Assembly: GCA_003154095.1 (NCBI GenBank)
Contig: PMCK01000061.1
Location: 1-59,663 of the forward strand
DNA length: 59,663 nt
DNA from: Myxococcales bacterium
GTDB lineage: Bacteria > Myxococcota_A > Polyangia > Polyangiales > Polyangiaceae
Direction: 5' to 3'
The notes under the pieces are model-generated. The model was not told the DNA's origin, ran no database searches, and worked only from the letters and a program-made list of their open reading frames with translations. Position 1 is the first letter of the stretch, and each line of letters opens with the position of its first letter. Below, one piece after another: positions 26,661 through 36,308 of the stretch. The position numbers and the translations under genes are program-made.

Positions 26661-27820
26661 TGAGGTCTTGTGAGTCATGTGGTAAGAGCTTGAGACCGGA
26701 GCAATTCATTTGTGAATGCGGTGCAGCGGCAGGTGTTGCTCAGCCTGAAATAGGCAACTTCGGCGAAATCGACATGAAGGTGCCAAAACTCGATCTGGGC
26801 AAGGCAGAGTTGCGATCCCTCGATCTGTCCTTCGCGGGCGCGAAGGGCGGTTCTCTTCCGAGCTTCGACCTCAAGAGTATGGCGGACGCGAATATTGATC
26901 TCAGAACTCGGCAAGGGAGCCGCGGCCGGCCCTATAGGATAGAGTTCGCAATTGGCGGAGCCGAAGCAGACAGCGTCAGACTGTGTCGCCCGGCTGCCGT
27001 GGCGTGCCTGCCGAATCGTGATCTTCTGGTGCTCGACTTCAAAAACGAGGAGAGCGGCGTCAGAATTCAGCGGTTTGATGCCGACGGCGGTCTGCGAAAA
27101 GTCGTGACGCAGCAAGGAAAGGATAGCTCCGAAGGTTCCATCGCAGTACCTGCGGCGTTAGCCATTGACTTTCGGGAACACATTTTCGTTTCCGATATGG
27201 ACGGCGGCTGCGTTAAGGAGTTCGGTGCCGACGGTGCTTTCTTGAGTTCGCACGGTCGCGCCGGGACCGGCGAGGGAGAGTTAGATACACCGCGGGCCTT
27301 GGTCGTAGACGCGAAGGGAAACCTATACATTGCCGATTCTGGGAACAACCGGATTACTCGCTGGCGGGAATACAACCAAGATCTCGTGGTCGGCATCAAC
27401 CGGCTCGACGAGGCGTACGGTTGGCTCCAGGCGGGAGATGGTCCTGGCGAGTTCGACGATCCACAGGGGCTCGCGTTGGGATCCAGCGGCCACATTTTCG
27501 TTGCCGATACCAACAATCACCGTATACAGAAGCTCGATTCCCTCGGGCAATACGTATCGTCGTTCGGGTCGGAAGGGGAGGAGGCGGGAAAGCTCTCGTA
27601 CCCGAACCACGTTCGTCTTGGCCCCGGTGACGAGATCCTCGTTGCCGATCTTGGTGGCCGTCGTCTCCAGAGCTTCGACGATGACGGAAACTTCTCATAT
27701 GAGATCGCCCTGCCAGAAGACGCAGGTGCGCTGACCGACTTCGCGGTAGACTCACAGGGCCGCATCGTAATTGCTCTCCCGAGTCGTCACCTTGTCATCG
27801 CGATGGAGGTCTCTCGATGA
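26657..27820 (+). CDS. Zinc-ribbon + six-bladed NHL-repeat beta-propeller protein (cytoplasmic)
   Basis: GTG 26657 or ATG 26660 overlaps the upstream TGA. CESCGKSLRPEQFICECG. NHL blades LDTPRALVVDAKGNLYIADSGNNRITRW, FDDPQGLALGSSGHIFVADTNNHRIQKL and LSYPNHVRLGPGDEILVADLGGRRLQSF. No signal peptide. Confidence 0.85.
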   Translation: MMRSCESCGKSLRPEQFICECGAAAGVAQPEIGNFGEIDMKVPKLDLGKAELRSLDLSFAGAKGGSLPSFDLKSMADANIDLRTRQGSRGRPYRIEFAIGGAEADSVRLCRPAAVACLPNRDLLVLDFKNEESGVRIQRFDADGGLRKVVTQQGKDSSEGSIAVPAALAIDFREHIFVSDMDGGCVKEFGADGAFLSSHGRAGTGEGELDTPRALVVDAKGNLYIADSGNNRITRWREYNQDLVVGINRLDEAYGWLQAGDGPGEFDDPQGLALGSSGHIFVADTNNHRIQKLDSLGQYVSSFGSEGEEAGKLSYPNHVRLGPGDEILVADLGGRRLQSFDDDGNFSYEIALPEDAGALTDFAVDSQGRIVIALPSRHLVIAMEVSR

Positions 27821-30800
27821 CCATTGGCAGACTTTCGGATACGCGCCGATGGAGTGACGAGTCGGCGCAGGCGCCCGGTGAAACGCCGGTTCGCCGCTAC
27901 GAGCGCTTGGTTGAGAAGATCGACGGGATCATTGACGATCCCAATGCACGGATGCGTCTCGCCAACGAGATGTACTCGCTGGCCGTTGGAAACGACGCTC
28001 GTTCGCTCCCGCACTTGCGCCTCCAAGCCCTACTGCAAACAGTACGGCTCGATCCCTTTCGCCGCCAATTCCGCCTCGCGTTGGTGCGGGCGCAGCGCGA
28101 GCTTGGGCTCGTGAGCGAAGCGATGGCGGTACTTCAAAGTGTCAAGAACGACGGTTTCGCCCTGGACGATGAAGGAAATCTCGAACTAGGCCAAACTTTG
28201 CTGGAGTCAGGTAAGGTCAATGACGCAAGAGCCCATTTTAAGGACGTGCATGCCGGCAAGGCACGAGTTCAGGCCGAATTCGATCTAATTGAGTGCGATC
28301 TTCGCTCTGCTGGTACTGTCGATGAGTGGAAGAAAGTGCTCCGTTCGCTCAAAGATTTGAAGCTCCCCGACTTTGGGCCTGGCGACTCTCAAATCGTAGG
28401 GCTGTTCAGCGAGAAGTGCCTCAAGTTTGCCGTGGAGTGCGACGACCAGGCGTTGATCGACGAATTGGTACAGGTCGCCAAGGCTAAGCTCGATTCGAAT
28501 AGAGCCCCCGGTAGTACTCGGCACCCCGTCTACAGATTGTTTCTCAGTGTTGTGCGATTGCCCGAATCGGTCGAGTTCCCTGCGGGAGCTTTGGAGGGCT
28601 TGTTGCTCGCCCATCGCCTAATAAAGCGTACGCCGGTGACAGGCGAAGAGGAAGACCGCATCAAGGCAATGAAGGAGTGGCGGAATCTTATCACGACCAA
28701 AAAGTCGCGATGGTTCGGACTCAATGAAGCCTACTTGCACGTCATAGACGGTTGGGCGATGGATGTGTATCGCCGCAAGGAATTTCAGCTCGCGCAATCC
28801 CTGTGGAGCGAGGCGGAACGAGTCGCCCCGAGCAGCCCTCAAGTGCTCAAGAACCTGGCAATTGTCAGTACGCGCATGGCTGACGAATCCAACTTCGATT
28901 GGTACTGGAACCGTCTCACCCGTGTCTGGAATTTACAAGCAGAGCTTGCGCCGGAGGCTGATGGATACATGCAGGCACTTCAGGAGAAATGCCAGGCGTT
29001 TTCGGAAGGCGCTGAGAAGAAACTTGCGGGCGTTCGTGTGCCGGAGGACCGGTTAGAACTTGCGCTCATCTGGGCCAAAGAGGGGCTTTCATTCAGGGCG
29101 CTCCGGCAGTTGAGGTTTCGCAACGCTTTCCTGCGCTGCGGTGTTCTGACCGAAGACTTCGCCAACGAGACCGAGCGAGACACCTTGCTCGACATTGGTC
29201 ATAGGAGCGCGAGCCGCGCGCTGGAACTCGTCGCACACTGGCAACAGCTCGGTGGGCATTCCGAGCTCGCTCGCCATCGTCAAGCGCGTCTCGACGACGC
29301 ACTAAGTCTTGCCAAGACTCAAGGCTCACAGAAATACGTCGGTTACGACATTGACAAGGACGCCTTCTTGGCTCACCGAAAGGCGACCGTATGTCATTTC
29401 CTCGGGCTGCTGGGCTTGCTTCAGCAAATGAACGTCAATGTCGCTGATGCAGAGATCCGGCGAAAGATGGCCGTTGTCGCGCAGTGCGTTTGCAGCTTTC
29501 CACTTCGCCTTCTCAAGGCCGAGGTGCTGAAGTTGGTCCCGAATTTCACCGAGGAAACTCATCTCGGCCAGTTTGCCGAGGGCGTCGCGCTCGGGCCGTG
29601 GTTATCCCTCGGTCAGCAGTCTTTGCGCGCCGGCGACGCAAAAAAGGCTCTAGCCATTCTCGGAGAAGCACTCTCGATCGCTCCTGATTCGGCAGTTGTG
29701 CGGTTTCTATTGGCGCAGTGCCATGCCACGACAAAGAACTTTTCGCAGGCCTTCGAGGTTCTGGTCGAGGCGCGCAAGACCTGTGAAGACAAAGAACTTG
29801 GTCAGCAAATTGATCAATTTGCTGACCAAATGGACTTCGCTCGGGTCGATCAGGCGTTGGAAAAAGCGAAGAGCTGCCTACAGAAGAACGATTCCGTGGG
29901 TGCCGTCCGCGAATGTTCTGGCCTCCGCTCGACGTTTGGGAACCACGCATATCTCTTGTTCATGCTAGCAAGAGCTCAGGCGGCGAATCTCGACTTCAAC
30001 GACGCAAAGACCAGCCTGAAGGCGGCCCGAGCTGCGAGAGGTGAACGCAAAGAGGACGAGCTCCTTCAAGGCATCGAGTCATTTCTCGGAGATATCGAGA
30101 AGTCAGCGCCACTCATGGTCCTATCGAAGGCAGTCCCGCTGATGCAGGAGCAACACTGGGACGATGCGCTCAAGGTGCTAGTAAAGGGTCGGTGCCTCGA
30201 GCCGCCGGATCCGAGGGTCACGTATTATGAAGCCATATGCCTGGGGCGTTCTGGGACAACCGACCAGGCCGAGAGGGTTGCCGCAGAAGCTCTTGAGCAG
30301 TGCAAGACGCTTCAAAGGGCCCACTTAAACGGTCGCGAGACCACCTCCTCACTTAGCCTGAAAGAGACTGGAGCGCTGGCAAAGGAGATTGAAGCTTCAA
30401 TTCCTCAGATCCCGCTCATGGCAATCGCGCAAGAATTGGGCGACGCCCGACAGGCAATGAGCAAGGAACGCTGGAGCGAAGCGCTCGGACATCTGGCACA
30501 GGCGCTTCGAAAGCGACCGAAGGCGGTGCCGGCTCTATTTCTGAAGGCCGTTTGCTGTTTCCGCATGGAGGATTGGGATCAAGCCGAGAGAATCGCCAGA
30601 GAAGCACAGCCATTCTGCGGGCCCCACGACGAAGACGAGCGCAAGCAGCTCGGACTTATCATTGAGCAAGTTCCTCTGGCCCGCATCGCTAAGGACATGG
30701 AGGCGATCAACCAGTGCCTAAGAAAGGAGCGATGGGAAGCCGCGTTCGTGCACATTGATGACGTTTTGCGCAAAGATCCCACGCAGCCGGCGTGCCTCTT

Positions 30801-31521
30801 CTATCGGGCACTCTGCCACTTCCGACTCGAGAACTGGGACGAGGCAGACAGGGCGGCACGCACGGCCTTGAAGTCCGTCACCCAGAAAGAGATTCGTGAT
30901 CAGCTCAACACAATCGTCGAGCAGATCCCGCTAGCTCGCGTCGCGAAGGACATGGATGAGATCAACAAGTGTCTCAAGAAAGAGCGGTGGGCAGCAGCAC
31001 TCGAGCGCATTGATGCCGTTCTACGCAAGGAAGCCGCGCATCCGATGTGCCTCTTCTATCGGGCACTTTGCCATTTCCGACTGGAGAATTGGGACGAAGC
31101 CGAGCGCGCCGCACGCTTGGCCTTAGGTTCCGTCAAGCAGCAGGAGATCCGCGATCAACTCAATATGATCGTCAAGGGCATAGAGCACAAGAAGCAGGAG
31201 GCCAAACTGTCTGGGGTCATCTCGGCCATCAACCGTCAAGCACATGGTGAAGCCTTGAGACTACTCGAACCCCACCTACGAGAATCGCCTCGTGATGCCT
31301 CCTTGTTGTTCTTCAAGGGGCTCTGTGAGTTCCGGCAAGTGATGGATCAGATTAACTCTGGATCGTTGAGGCCCAGCCAGAGTCTATTCGATGATTGCGA
31401 AGCGACGCTCAAACTGGCGGCGCTGTTTGCGGTGGATTCCGATATGAAAGTCCAAATTACGGCGGTGCAGAACAACATCACTTCGGTGCGCGAGACCTTG
31501 CGAGCCCAAGGATTTTGGTGA
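27817..31521 (+). CDS. 1234-aa TPR/helical-repeat scaffold protein
   Basis: ATGA overlap with the upstream gene. All-helical with many TPR-like hairpins, and three ~85-aa internal repeats near the C-terminus. Confidence 0.8.
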   Translation: MTIGRLSDTRRWSDESAQAPGETPVRRYERLVEKIDGIIDDPNARMRLANEMYSLAVGNDARSLPHLRLQALLQTVRLDPFRRQFRLALVRAQRELGLVSEAMAVLQSVKNDGFALDDEGNLELGQTLLESGKVNDARAHFKDVHAGKARVQAEFDLIECDLRSAGTVDEWKKVLRSLKDLKLPDFGPGDSQIVGLFSEKCLKFAVECDDQALIDELVQVAKAKLDSNRAPGSTRHPVYRLFLSVVRLPESVEFPAGALEGLLLAHRLIKRTPVTGEEEDRIKAMKEWRNLITTKKSRWFGLNEAYLHVIDGWAMDVYRRKEFQLAQSLWSEAERVAPSSPQVLKNLAIVSTRMADESNFDWYWNRLTRVWNLQAELAPEADGYMQALQEKCQAFSEGAEKKLAGVRVPEDRLELALIWAKEGLSFRALRQLRFRNAFLRCGVLTEDFANETERDTLLDIGHRSASRALELVAHWQQLGGHSELARHRQARLDDALSLAKTQGSQKYVGYDIDKDAFLAHRKATVCHFLGLLGLLQQMNVNVADAEIRRKMAVVAQCVCSFPLRLLKAEVLKLVPNFTEETHLGQFAEGVALGPWLSLGQQSLRAGDAKKALAILGEALSIAPDSAVVRFLLAQCHATTKNFSQAFEVLVEARKTCEDKELGQQIDQFADQMDFARVDQALEKAKSCLQKNDSVGAVRECSGLRSTFGNHAYLLFMLARAQAANLDFNDAKTSLKAARAARGERKEDELLQGIESFLGDIEKSAPLMVLSKAVPLMQEQHWDDALKVLVKGRCLEPPDPRVTYYEAICLGRSGTTDQAERVAAEALEQCKTLQRAHLNGRETTSSLSLKETGALAKEIEASIPQIPLMAIAQELGDARQAMSKERWSEALGHLAQALRKRPKAVPALFLKAVCCFRMEDWDQAERIAREAQPFCGPHDEDERKQLGLIIEQVPLARIAKDMEAINQCLRKERWEAAFVHIDDVLRKDPTQPACLFYRALCHFRLENWDEADRAARTALKSVTQKEIRDQLNTIVEQIPLARVAKDMDEINKCLKKERWAAALERIDAVLRKEAAHPMCLFYRALCHFRLENWDEAERAARLALGSVKQQEIRDQLNMIVKGIEHKKQEAKLSGVISAINRQAHGEALRLLEPHLRESPRDASLLFFKGLCEFRQVMDQINSGSLRPSQSLFDDCEATLKLAALFAVDSDMKVQITAVQNNITSVRETLRAQGFW
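30409..31180 (+). repeat. Three tandem ~255-nt coding repeats within the TPR gene
   Basis: Units begin at 30409 (IPLMAIAQELGD), 30670 (VPLARIAKDMEAINQ) and 30925 (IPLARVAKDMDEINK). Units 2 and 3 are very similar (CLFYRALCHFRLENWDEA.RAAR.AL). Confidence 0.85.
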
Positions 31522-31528
31522 CGGTGCC

Positions 31529-31939
31529 ATGATCGTTCTCGAAATAGATGAAGAATCCGGAGCGTCACACTTCGAGATTCTCGGGATCTCAATAAGCGAC
31601 CTCGAAGGGCTTGACGACAAGGCCCTTACGAACAGGGTGCGCGACAGCGCCAAGTCTGGAGCGAAGTCCTGTCGCGAAAGGGCTAAGGCGGGCGACAAAG
31701 AGGCACCTGCGATGGAGGCCCGAATCCGTCAGGCGGAAGGCGAGCTCAAGGACAAGGAAAAGCGCAAGAAGTACCTGGAAGAACTCCAACAGGGCAAAGC
31801 CGGGGGGCTGGATGTACTTCGCGTGGAAAGGACCGCGCCTGCATTCTTTTGGGATCGAGCGACTCGGTTTCGCGCCATAACACAAGCGCTACGAGATCAA
31901 GGTTGGACCAGCAGTCTTATGAACGACGACACACTCTAG
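31529..31939 (+). CDS. J-like domain protein lacking the HPD motif
   Basis: SHFEILGISISDL ... ELKDKEKRKKYLEEL mimics the J-domain ends (dyYeiLGv ... L.D.ekR..Yd). No HPD tripeptide anywhere in the 136 aa. Confidence 0.55.
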   Translation: MIVLEIDEESGASHFEILGISISDLEGLDDKALTNRVRDSAKSGAKSCRERAKAGDKEAPAMEARIRQAEGELKDKEKRKKYLEELQQGKAGGLDVLRVERTAPAFFWDRATRFRAITQALRDQGWTSSLMNDDTL

Positions 31940-31964
31940 GGTCTACAAAGAAGAGGACAGAAGG

Positions 31965-32657
31965 ATGGATCAGACGGAAACAACCGATGGCGTCGCGAAC
32001 TCCGATGCCGAGACAAAGATCGAAGCCGCCGAGGAGCGATGGTCTCGGCTTGAGAAGGTGGTACGCGGAATGGGCCGAGATAGCCTCACTGTCGCACGCG
32101 GCCAACAGGAAACGCAATCGGCGCTCGCAGCGATATCCGCGCGCATCGACGATCTAGATCTTGCCATCAAGGGGGTGTCGCAGACTGCATGGCGGGCGGC
32201 CCAAGAGCGGCTGGGGCAAGCACAGGAAATTGAGAAGCATTTCGCTGGCGCACTTCGGGAGCTCGAAAAGCGGATACGCGAGGAGCTCCTCTGGCAGATC
32301 CAGCGAAACGCTCTGCTAGCCATCTTTCCAGCGTTGGACGACATGGCACGCGTGGTTTCGCTACAGCGAGAACTTGTTGTCGCCAAAGGCAATGAAGATC
32401 CCTTTTTGGAGGCCATGGAACTTGTACACCACAAGGCCATCGAGGGGCTCCGTGCGTTCGGCATGGAAGAGATTTCGGTGGAGGTGGGAGTCACACGTTT
32501 CGATCCCGCGCTGCATGAGGCAAAAGAACTTGGGGAGACTGCAGCGGTGAGCGACAACGAAAGTGTCGCCTCTGGTACGATTATTGGCGTAGGCCGAACG
32601 GGTTATAAGATACAGGATCGCGTGTTCCGCGCGCCACAAGTTTTCGTGAAGCCCTAG
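31965..32657 (+). CDS. grpE: GrpE-family nucleotide exchange factor
   Basis: Coiled-coil N-terminus, then LLAIFPALDDMARV, GMEEISVEVGVTRFDPALHEA and GTIIGVGRTGYKIQDRVFRAPQVFV, the canonical GrpE C-terminal pattern. Confidence 0.8.
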   Translation: MDQTETTDGVANSDAETKIEAAEERWSRLEKVVRGMGRDSLTVARGQQETQSALAAISARIDDLDLAIKGVSQTAWRAAQERLGQAQEIEKHFAGALRELEKRIREELLWQIQRNALLAIFPALDDMARVVSLQRELVVAKGNEDPFLEAMELVHHKAIEGLRAFGMEEISVEVGVTRFDPALHEAKELGETAAVSDNESVASGTIIGVGRTGYKIQDRVFRAPQVFVKP

Positions 32658-32681
32658 CAACGAACGAGACAAGAGCAAAAT

Positions 32682-34622
32682 ATGGCAAAGATAATTGGTA
32701 TTGATTTGGGAACGACATATTCGGCGATTTCGATTTGGGATGAGAAACGGAAGATCCCTGTAATCATCCCAAACCTACGTGGCGCGAACACGACCCCGTC
32801 GGTGGTCAGTGTCAACGAGGGCGGGCAGGTTATCGTCGGGCAGGACGCCAAACAGAACCTTTGGGTCGCACCGGAAGACACGGTCTCGCAGATCAAACGC
32901 GAGATGGGAAACGACTTTTGGGTCACAATGAAGGGCCAGAAGTACAACCCTCAGATGATCTCGGCATTCATTCTCAAGTACCTGAAGACCTGCGCCGAGC
33001 AACATCTGGGTGAACCTGTGCACGACGTCGTCATCACGGTTCCAGCTGAGTTTACTGACATCAAGCGAGCGGCAACGCGGGACGCGGGTCTTATTGCAGG
33101 CTTCAACGTTCACCGCCTCATCAACGAGCCGACGGCAGCGGCTATTGCCTACCAGGTGAATCGGGCAGAGGGCGGCAACAAGGTCTACGCGGTTTATGAC
33201 TTTGGCGGTGGAACGTTCGACGTGTCGGTCATTGAGATAACACCCGATGACGTGACCGTTATTGGAACGGGTGGCGATCCGCGACTCGGTGGGCTCGACA
33301 TGGACGAGGCAGTGATGCGCTGGTTGGTGCGAGAGATTGGCACGAAGTACAGTGTTGATCTCAGTAACGACGAACCCGCAAAGCAGCGCCTCAAAGTCGA
33401 CGCCGAAGAGGTGAAAAAGGCGCTCGTGGCAGCCGACAGTTTCACGTTGAGCGTTCCCTATCTTGCCGTTATCAACGGGAAGCCCCTCAGCGTGAAGCTT
33501 GACGTGACCCGTGCTCGCTTCGACATGCTCATTGCGCCGCTGCTCAACAGGTCGCTTGATTGCCTGGATGCAGCGGTCAAGAGCGCTGAGGAGAAGAACG
33601 GGCGTGGTTGGGAGTCGATCGACGGCATTTTGGTTGTGGGCGGGCCGACGCGCCTGCCTCGAATTCGCGAAGTTTTGAGGGAGCGCTTGCGCGAACGTTG
33701 TCCGGATCGCGATGTCGAGTTGAAATGCGATCTCAATCCCGACGAAGTGGTGGCCTTGGGCGCAGCCATTGTCGCGAGTGGGATCGTTCCCATTGGTCGC
33801 CCGCCAGAAGAAGTCGAGAGTATGTCCACCGAACAGAAGCAGGCGATACAGGAGAAAGGTGCGGCTGAAGTCGCTGCAACTGCTCCCAAGCTCGATATCT
33901 TCGACGTAACCGGTCACTCGCTCGGCATTGCCGTGGAAGGCACCAAATTCCACAAGATTATCGAGAAGGAAAGCGTCATTCCAATTGCGATGTCGCACGG
34001 ACCCTTCACAAACGGAGGAGACTTTACGACCGAACTCCTGGTAGAGGTCTACCAAGGAGAGGAGGCATTTGTCCAGGCGAACACCAAGATAGGCGAAGTC
34101 CGTATTACCGGTCTCGAACCATTGCCAAGACAACAGCAAATGCTGGAAGTGAAGTTTTCCCTCGATGTGAGTGGGACGCTCTCAACCGTTTGCACAGACA
34201 TGAGAACGAAGAAAACGTACACCGGCTCCTTCACGTTCGACGGCATCACCCGAATGAGCGGGGATGAAGTCAAGAAGCGGCGACAAGTGCTGCAGCAGAT
34301 GATGCCAACCAATACTCCACAGGCCACAAATACCGCCACGGCACCGGCGATGCAGCCATCGGGCTCTCAACCAAGTGCTGCTGCAACGTCTTCGACATCG
34401 CCGACGGCTGTTCCCGAACTCCCCGAGGATCAAATCCCGAGAGACTGCATTGTCTACTGGAAAGAAGCGCAGGACTGCCTCAAGGTGGCAACTGTGGAGC
34501 AACGGCTCCGTCTGGTAAACGCCATGACGGCGTTTGCCCAAGCGATGCAAACCAAGGACCCAAAGCTAATTGAGAAAGGGTCTTTCCTCCTTCAAGATGT
34601 CCTCTTGGAAGTGAGGACTTAG
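32682..34622 (+). CDS. Hsp70/DnaK-family ATPase with divergent, low-complexity C-terminal lid
   Basis: MAKIIGIDLGTTYSAIS, VITVPAEF, NEPTAAAIAY, DFGGGTFDVSVIE, VGGPTRLPRI, and linker/SBD FDVTGHSLGIAV. The C-terminus is P/T/A/S-rich (TPQATNTATAPAMQPSGSQPSAAATSSTSP). Confidence 0.95.
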   Translation: MAKIIGIDLGTTYSAISIWDEKRKIPVIIPNLRGANTTPSVVSVNEGGQVIVGQDAKQNLWVAPEDTVSQIKREMGNDFWVTMKGQKYNPQMISAFILKYLKTCAEQHLGEPVHDVVITVPAEFTDIKRAATRDAGLIAGFNVHRLINEPTAAAIAYQVNRAEGGNKVYAVYDFGGGTFDVSVIEITPDDVTVIGTGGDPRLGGLDMDEAVMRWLVREIGTKYSVDLSNDEPAKQRLKVDAEEVKKALVAADSFTLSVPYLAVINGKPLSVKLDVTRARFDMLIAPLLNRSLDCLDAAVKSAEEKNGRGWESIDGILVVGGPTRLPRIREVLRERLRERCPDRDVELKCDLNPDEVVALGAAIVASGIVPIGRPPEEVESMSTEQKQAIQEKGAAEVAATAPKLDIFDVTGHSLGIAVEGTKFHKIIEKESVIPIAMSHGPFTNGGDFTTELLVEVYQGEEAFVQANTKIGEVRITGLEPLPRQQQMLEVKFSLDVSGTLSTVCTDMRTKKTYTGSFTFDGITRMSGDEVKKRRQVLQQMMPTNTPQATNTATAPAMQPSGSQPSAAATSSTSPTAVPELPEDQIPRDCIVYWKEAQDCLKVATVEQRLRLVNAMTAFAQAMQTKDPKLIEKGSFLLQDVLLEVRT

Positions 34623-34638
34623 AGAGGGTGGTTCGAAA

Positions 34639-36291
34639 ATGTCCAGCGCGAACCTAGGTTCCTACCGCTACGAAGATGCTGCCGTCGCGACTGATGCGTT
34701 TGGTCCCATCTATGAAGGGATCGATACGAACTCGAAGCAGCCAGTGTACTTGAAGGCGTTCTCACGAAAGAAAGCAGAGGACGGCATGGACCGGGCCGTC
34801 CTGCGCTGGCAGACAGTCGAACATGCGAGCCTGTTGATGCCGAAAGAGACATTGTCAGCCGGCGGTTCAACTTGGGCAATTCTGCCGAATCCAGGTGGAA
34901 TCCTGCTAAGCCGCAGCGTTCCGGATCTGCTTCGAAACGGGGTCCAGGGCCGACATCGGCTGCTTTCTGCTCTCGTGGACGCTTGCAGAGCCGTGGAAGC
35001 GCTGCATGCGCTAGGCATTGTCCATGGGCAGATCAATCCGACTAGCGTGGTAGTCGGCAGTCCCGATGTGCCGCCGCAAGGTTGGCTGCTACTTTGCGAT
35101 CGATTCGCACCGCGAATCGCACGGGACTACATAGCCGCTCCAGATTGCCTTTCCTTTGTCCCGCAAGAGCAACTCAGGGGCGGGGGGAGTTTTCAAGCGG
35201 ATATTTATGCGCTCGCCATGCTGGTGCACACGAGCTTTGCAAAGCGGGATGTGGATGGGGATCCATGCGGATACGAGCGCGCCAAACTCATTGTGTGGGG
35301 AGAAGCGTTGCCGTTCACAGCGAATCTCGAAGGCCTTGTACCCGAGGCCGCAAACGCATTGAACATGGATCTGGAGACGCTTGCCGCAGTCACCGCCAAG
35401 GGGATCCAAAGGAATCCTGGCGCGCGCTATCTAACGGTCGGCGAACTGCGCCAAGCGCTCGAGGAGCTTTGCCGGCGCATGGCACCGTTCGCACTCGGAC
35501 AGCGGATGCATAGCGAACGGCGATTCTTGGAGGCCGCGGCCGTTTTCGAGGAAGCAAAGTCGGGACCTCACGCAGTCCTGGCGCAGGTCTTCCATGGCCG
35601 AACCGTTGGACTTGATCTCGGCCAATATGACGACGGAATAGTGAGTTTTCGGCAAGCTCTCAAGGCGGATCCTGGACTTGAAAGCGCCCACCTCGGGCTC
35701 GCCGAGATCTATTTGCGACAATCACGCTATTCGATGGCCAAGCGAGAATATGAAGAAATGTTGGCGACGCGACCCGACGATCTTCAACTTCTAATGGGCT
35801 ACGCGAACGTGCTACACGCAAGCGGAAATATCGAGGGCGCCTTGAACGTTCTGCGGAATGTTCAGTCAGGAAGTCCCTACTACCTTCCGTCCTATATAAG
35901 AGCGATTCATATTGGACTCGAGCACGGCAACCTCAAGGACGCTGAAAGGGACTCCAACCTTGCCATCAAGCATATCAATGAAGTCGTGAAGCGGGGCAAC
36001 CTAAGCCCCGACGATCTGGCTGAAATCTACTATTTGCGCGGAGTAGTCCTAGCGACAATGGGGGCGAACGAGAACGCCAGTCGGTGGGCTGAGAAGGCGC
36101 TGGGTCAAATGCCTTTGCACGTTGAGAGTCACAAGTTACTGGCTGAACTTTATGGATCGATGGGGCGACTCGACAAGTCCATGGAGCACTTCGTTACCCT
36201 GCTTCAGATTGACCCCGATCAGGACGGAATAGTGGCTGCACTCGGAAGACTCTTGAATGCCCATTTGGATCAACCAGAAATGTCGAACTAA
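34639..36291 (+). CDS. Protein-kinase-fold (predicted pseudokinase) + TPR repeats
   Basis: VYLKAF (VAIK-like Lys). IVHGQINPTSVVV stands in place of HRDLKPxN, so there is no catalytic Asp. CDRF stands in place of DFG. ADIYALAMLVH (subdomain IX). C-terminal TPRs (AHLGLAEIYLRQSRYSMAKREYEEML...). Confidence 0.75.
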   Translation: MSSANLGSYRYEDAAVATDAFGPIYEGIDTNSKQPVYLKAFSRKKAEDGMDRAVLRWQTVEHASLLMPKETLSAGGSTWAILPNPGGILLSRSVPDLLRNGVQGRHRLLSALVDACRAVEALHALGIVHGQINPTSVVVGSPDVPPQGWLLLCDRFAPRIARDYIAAPDCLSFVPQEQLRGGGSFQADIYALAMLVHTSFAKRDVDGDPCGYERAKLIVWGEALPFTANLEGLVPEAANALNMDLETLAAVTAKGIQRNPGARYLTVGELRQALEELCRRMAPFALGQRMHSERRFLEAAAVFEEAKSGPHAVLAQVFHGRTVGLDLGQYDDGIVSFRQALKADPGLESAHLGLAEIYLRQSRYSMAKREYEEMLATRPDDLQLLMGYANVLHASGNIEGALNVLRNVQSGSPYYLPSYIRAIHIGLEHGNLKDAERDSNLAIKHINEVVKRGNLSPDDLAEIYYLRGVVLATMGANENASRWAEKALGQMPLHVESHKLLAELYGSMGRLDKSMEHFVTLLQIDPDQDGIVAALGRLLNAHLDQPEMSN

Positions 36292-36308
36292 GCCTTTGGA
36301 GGAGCGGG

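Noticed and set aside
32775-34139. 454-aa minus-strand ORF
   Set aside because: It lies entirely antisense to the Hsp70 gene, whose plus-strand product has every canonical Hsp70 motif. The antisense product is low-complexity and R/L/H-rich with no motif. This is a typical shadow ORF of GC-rich DNA.
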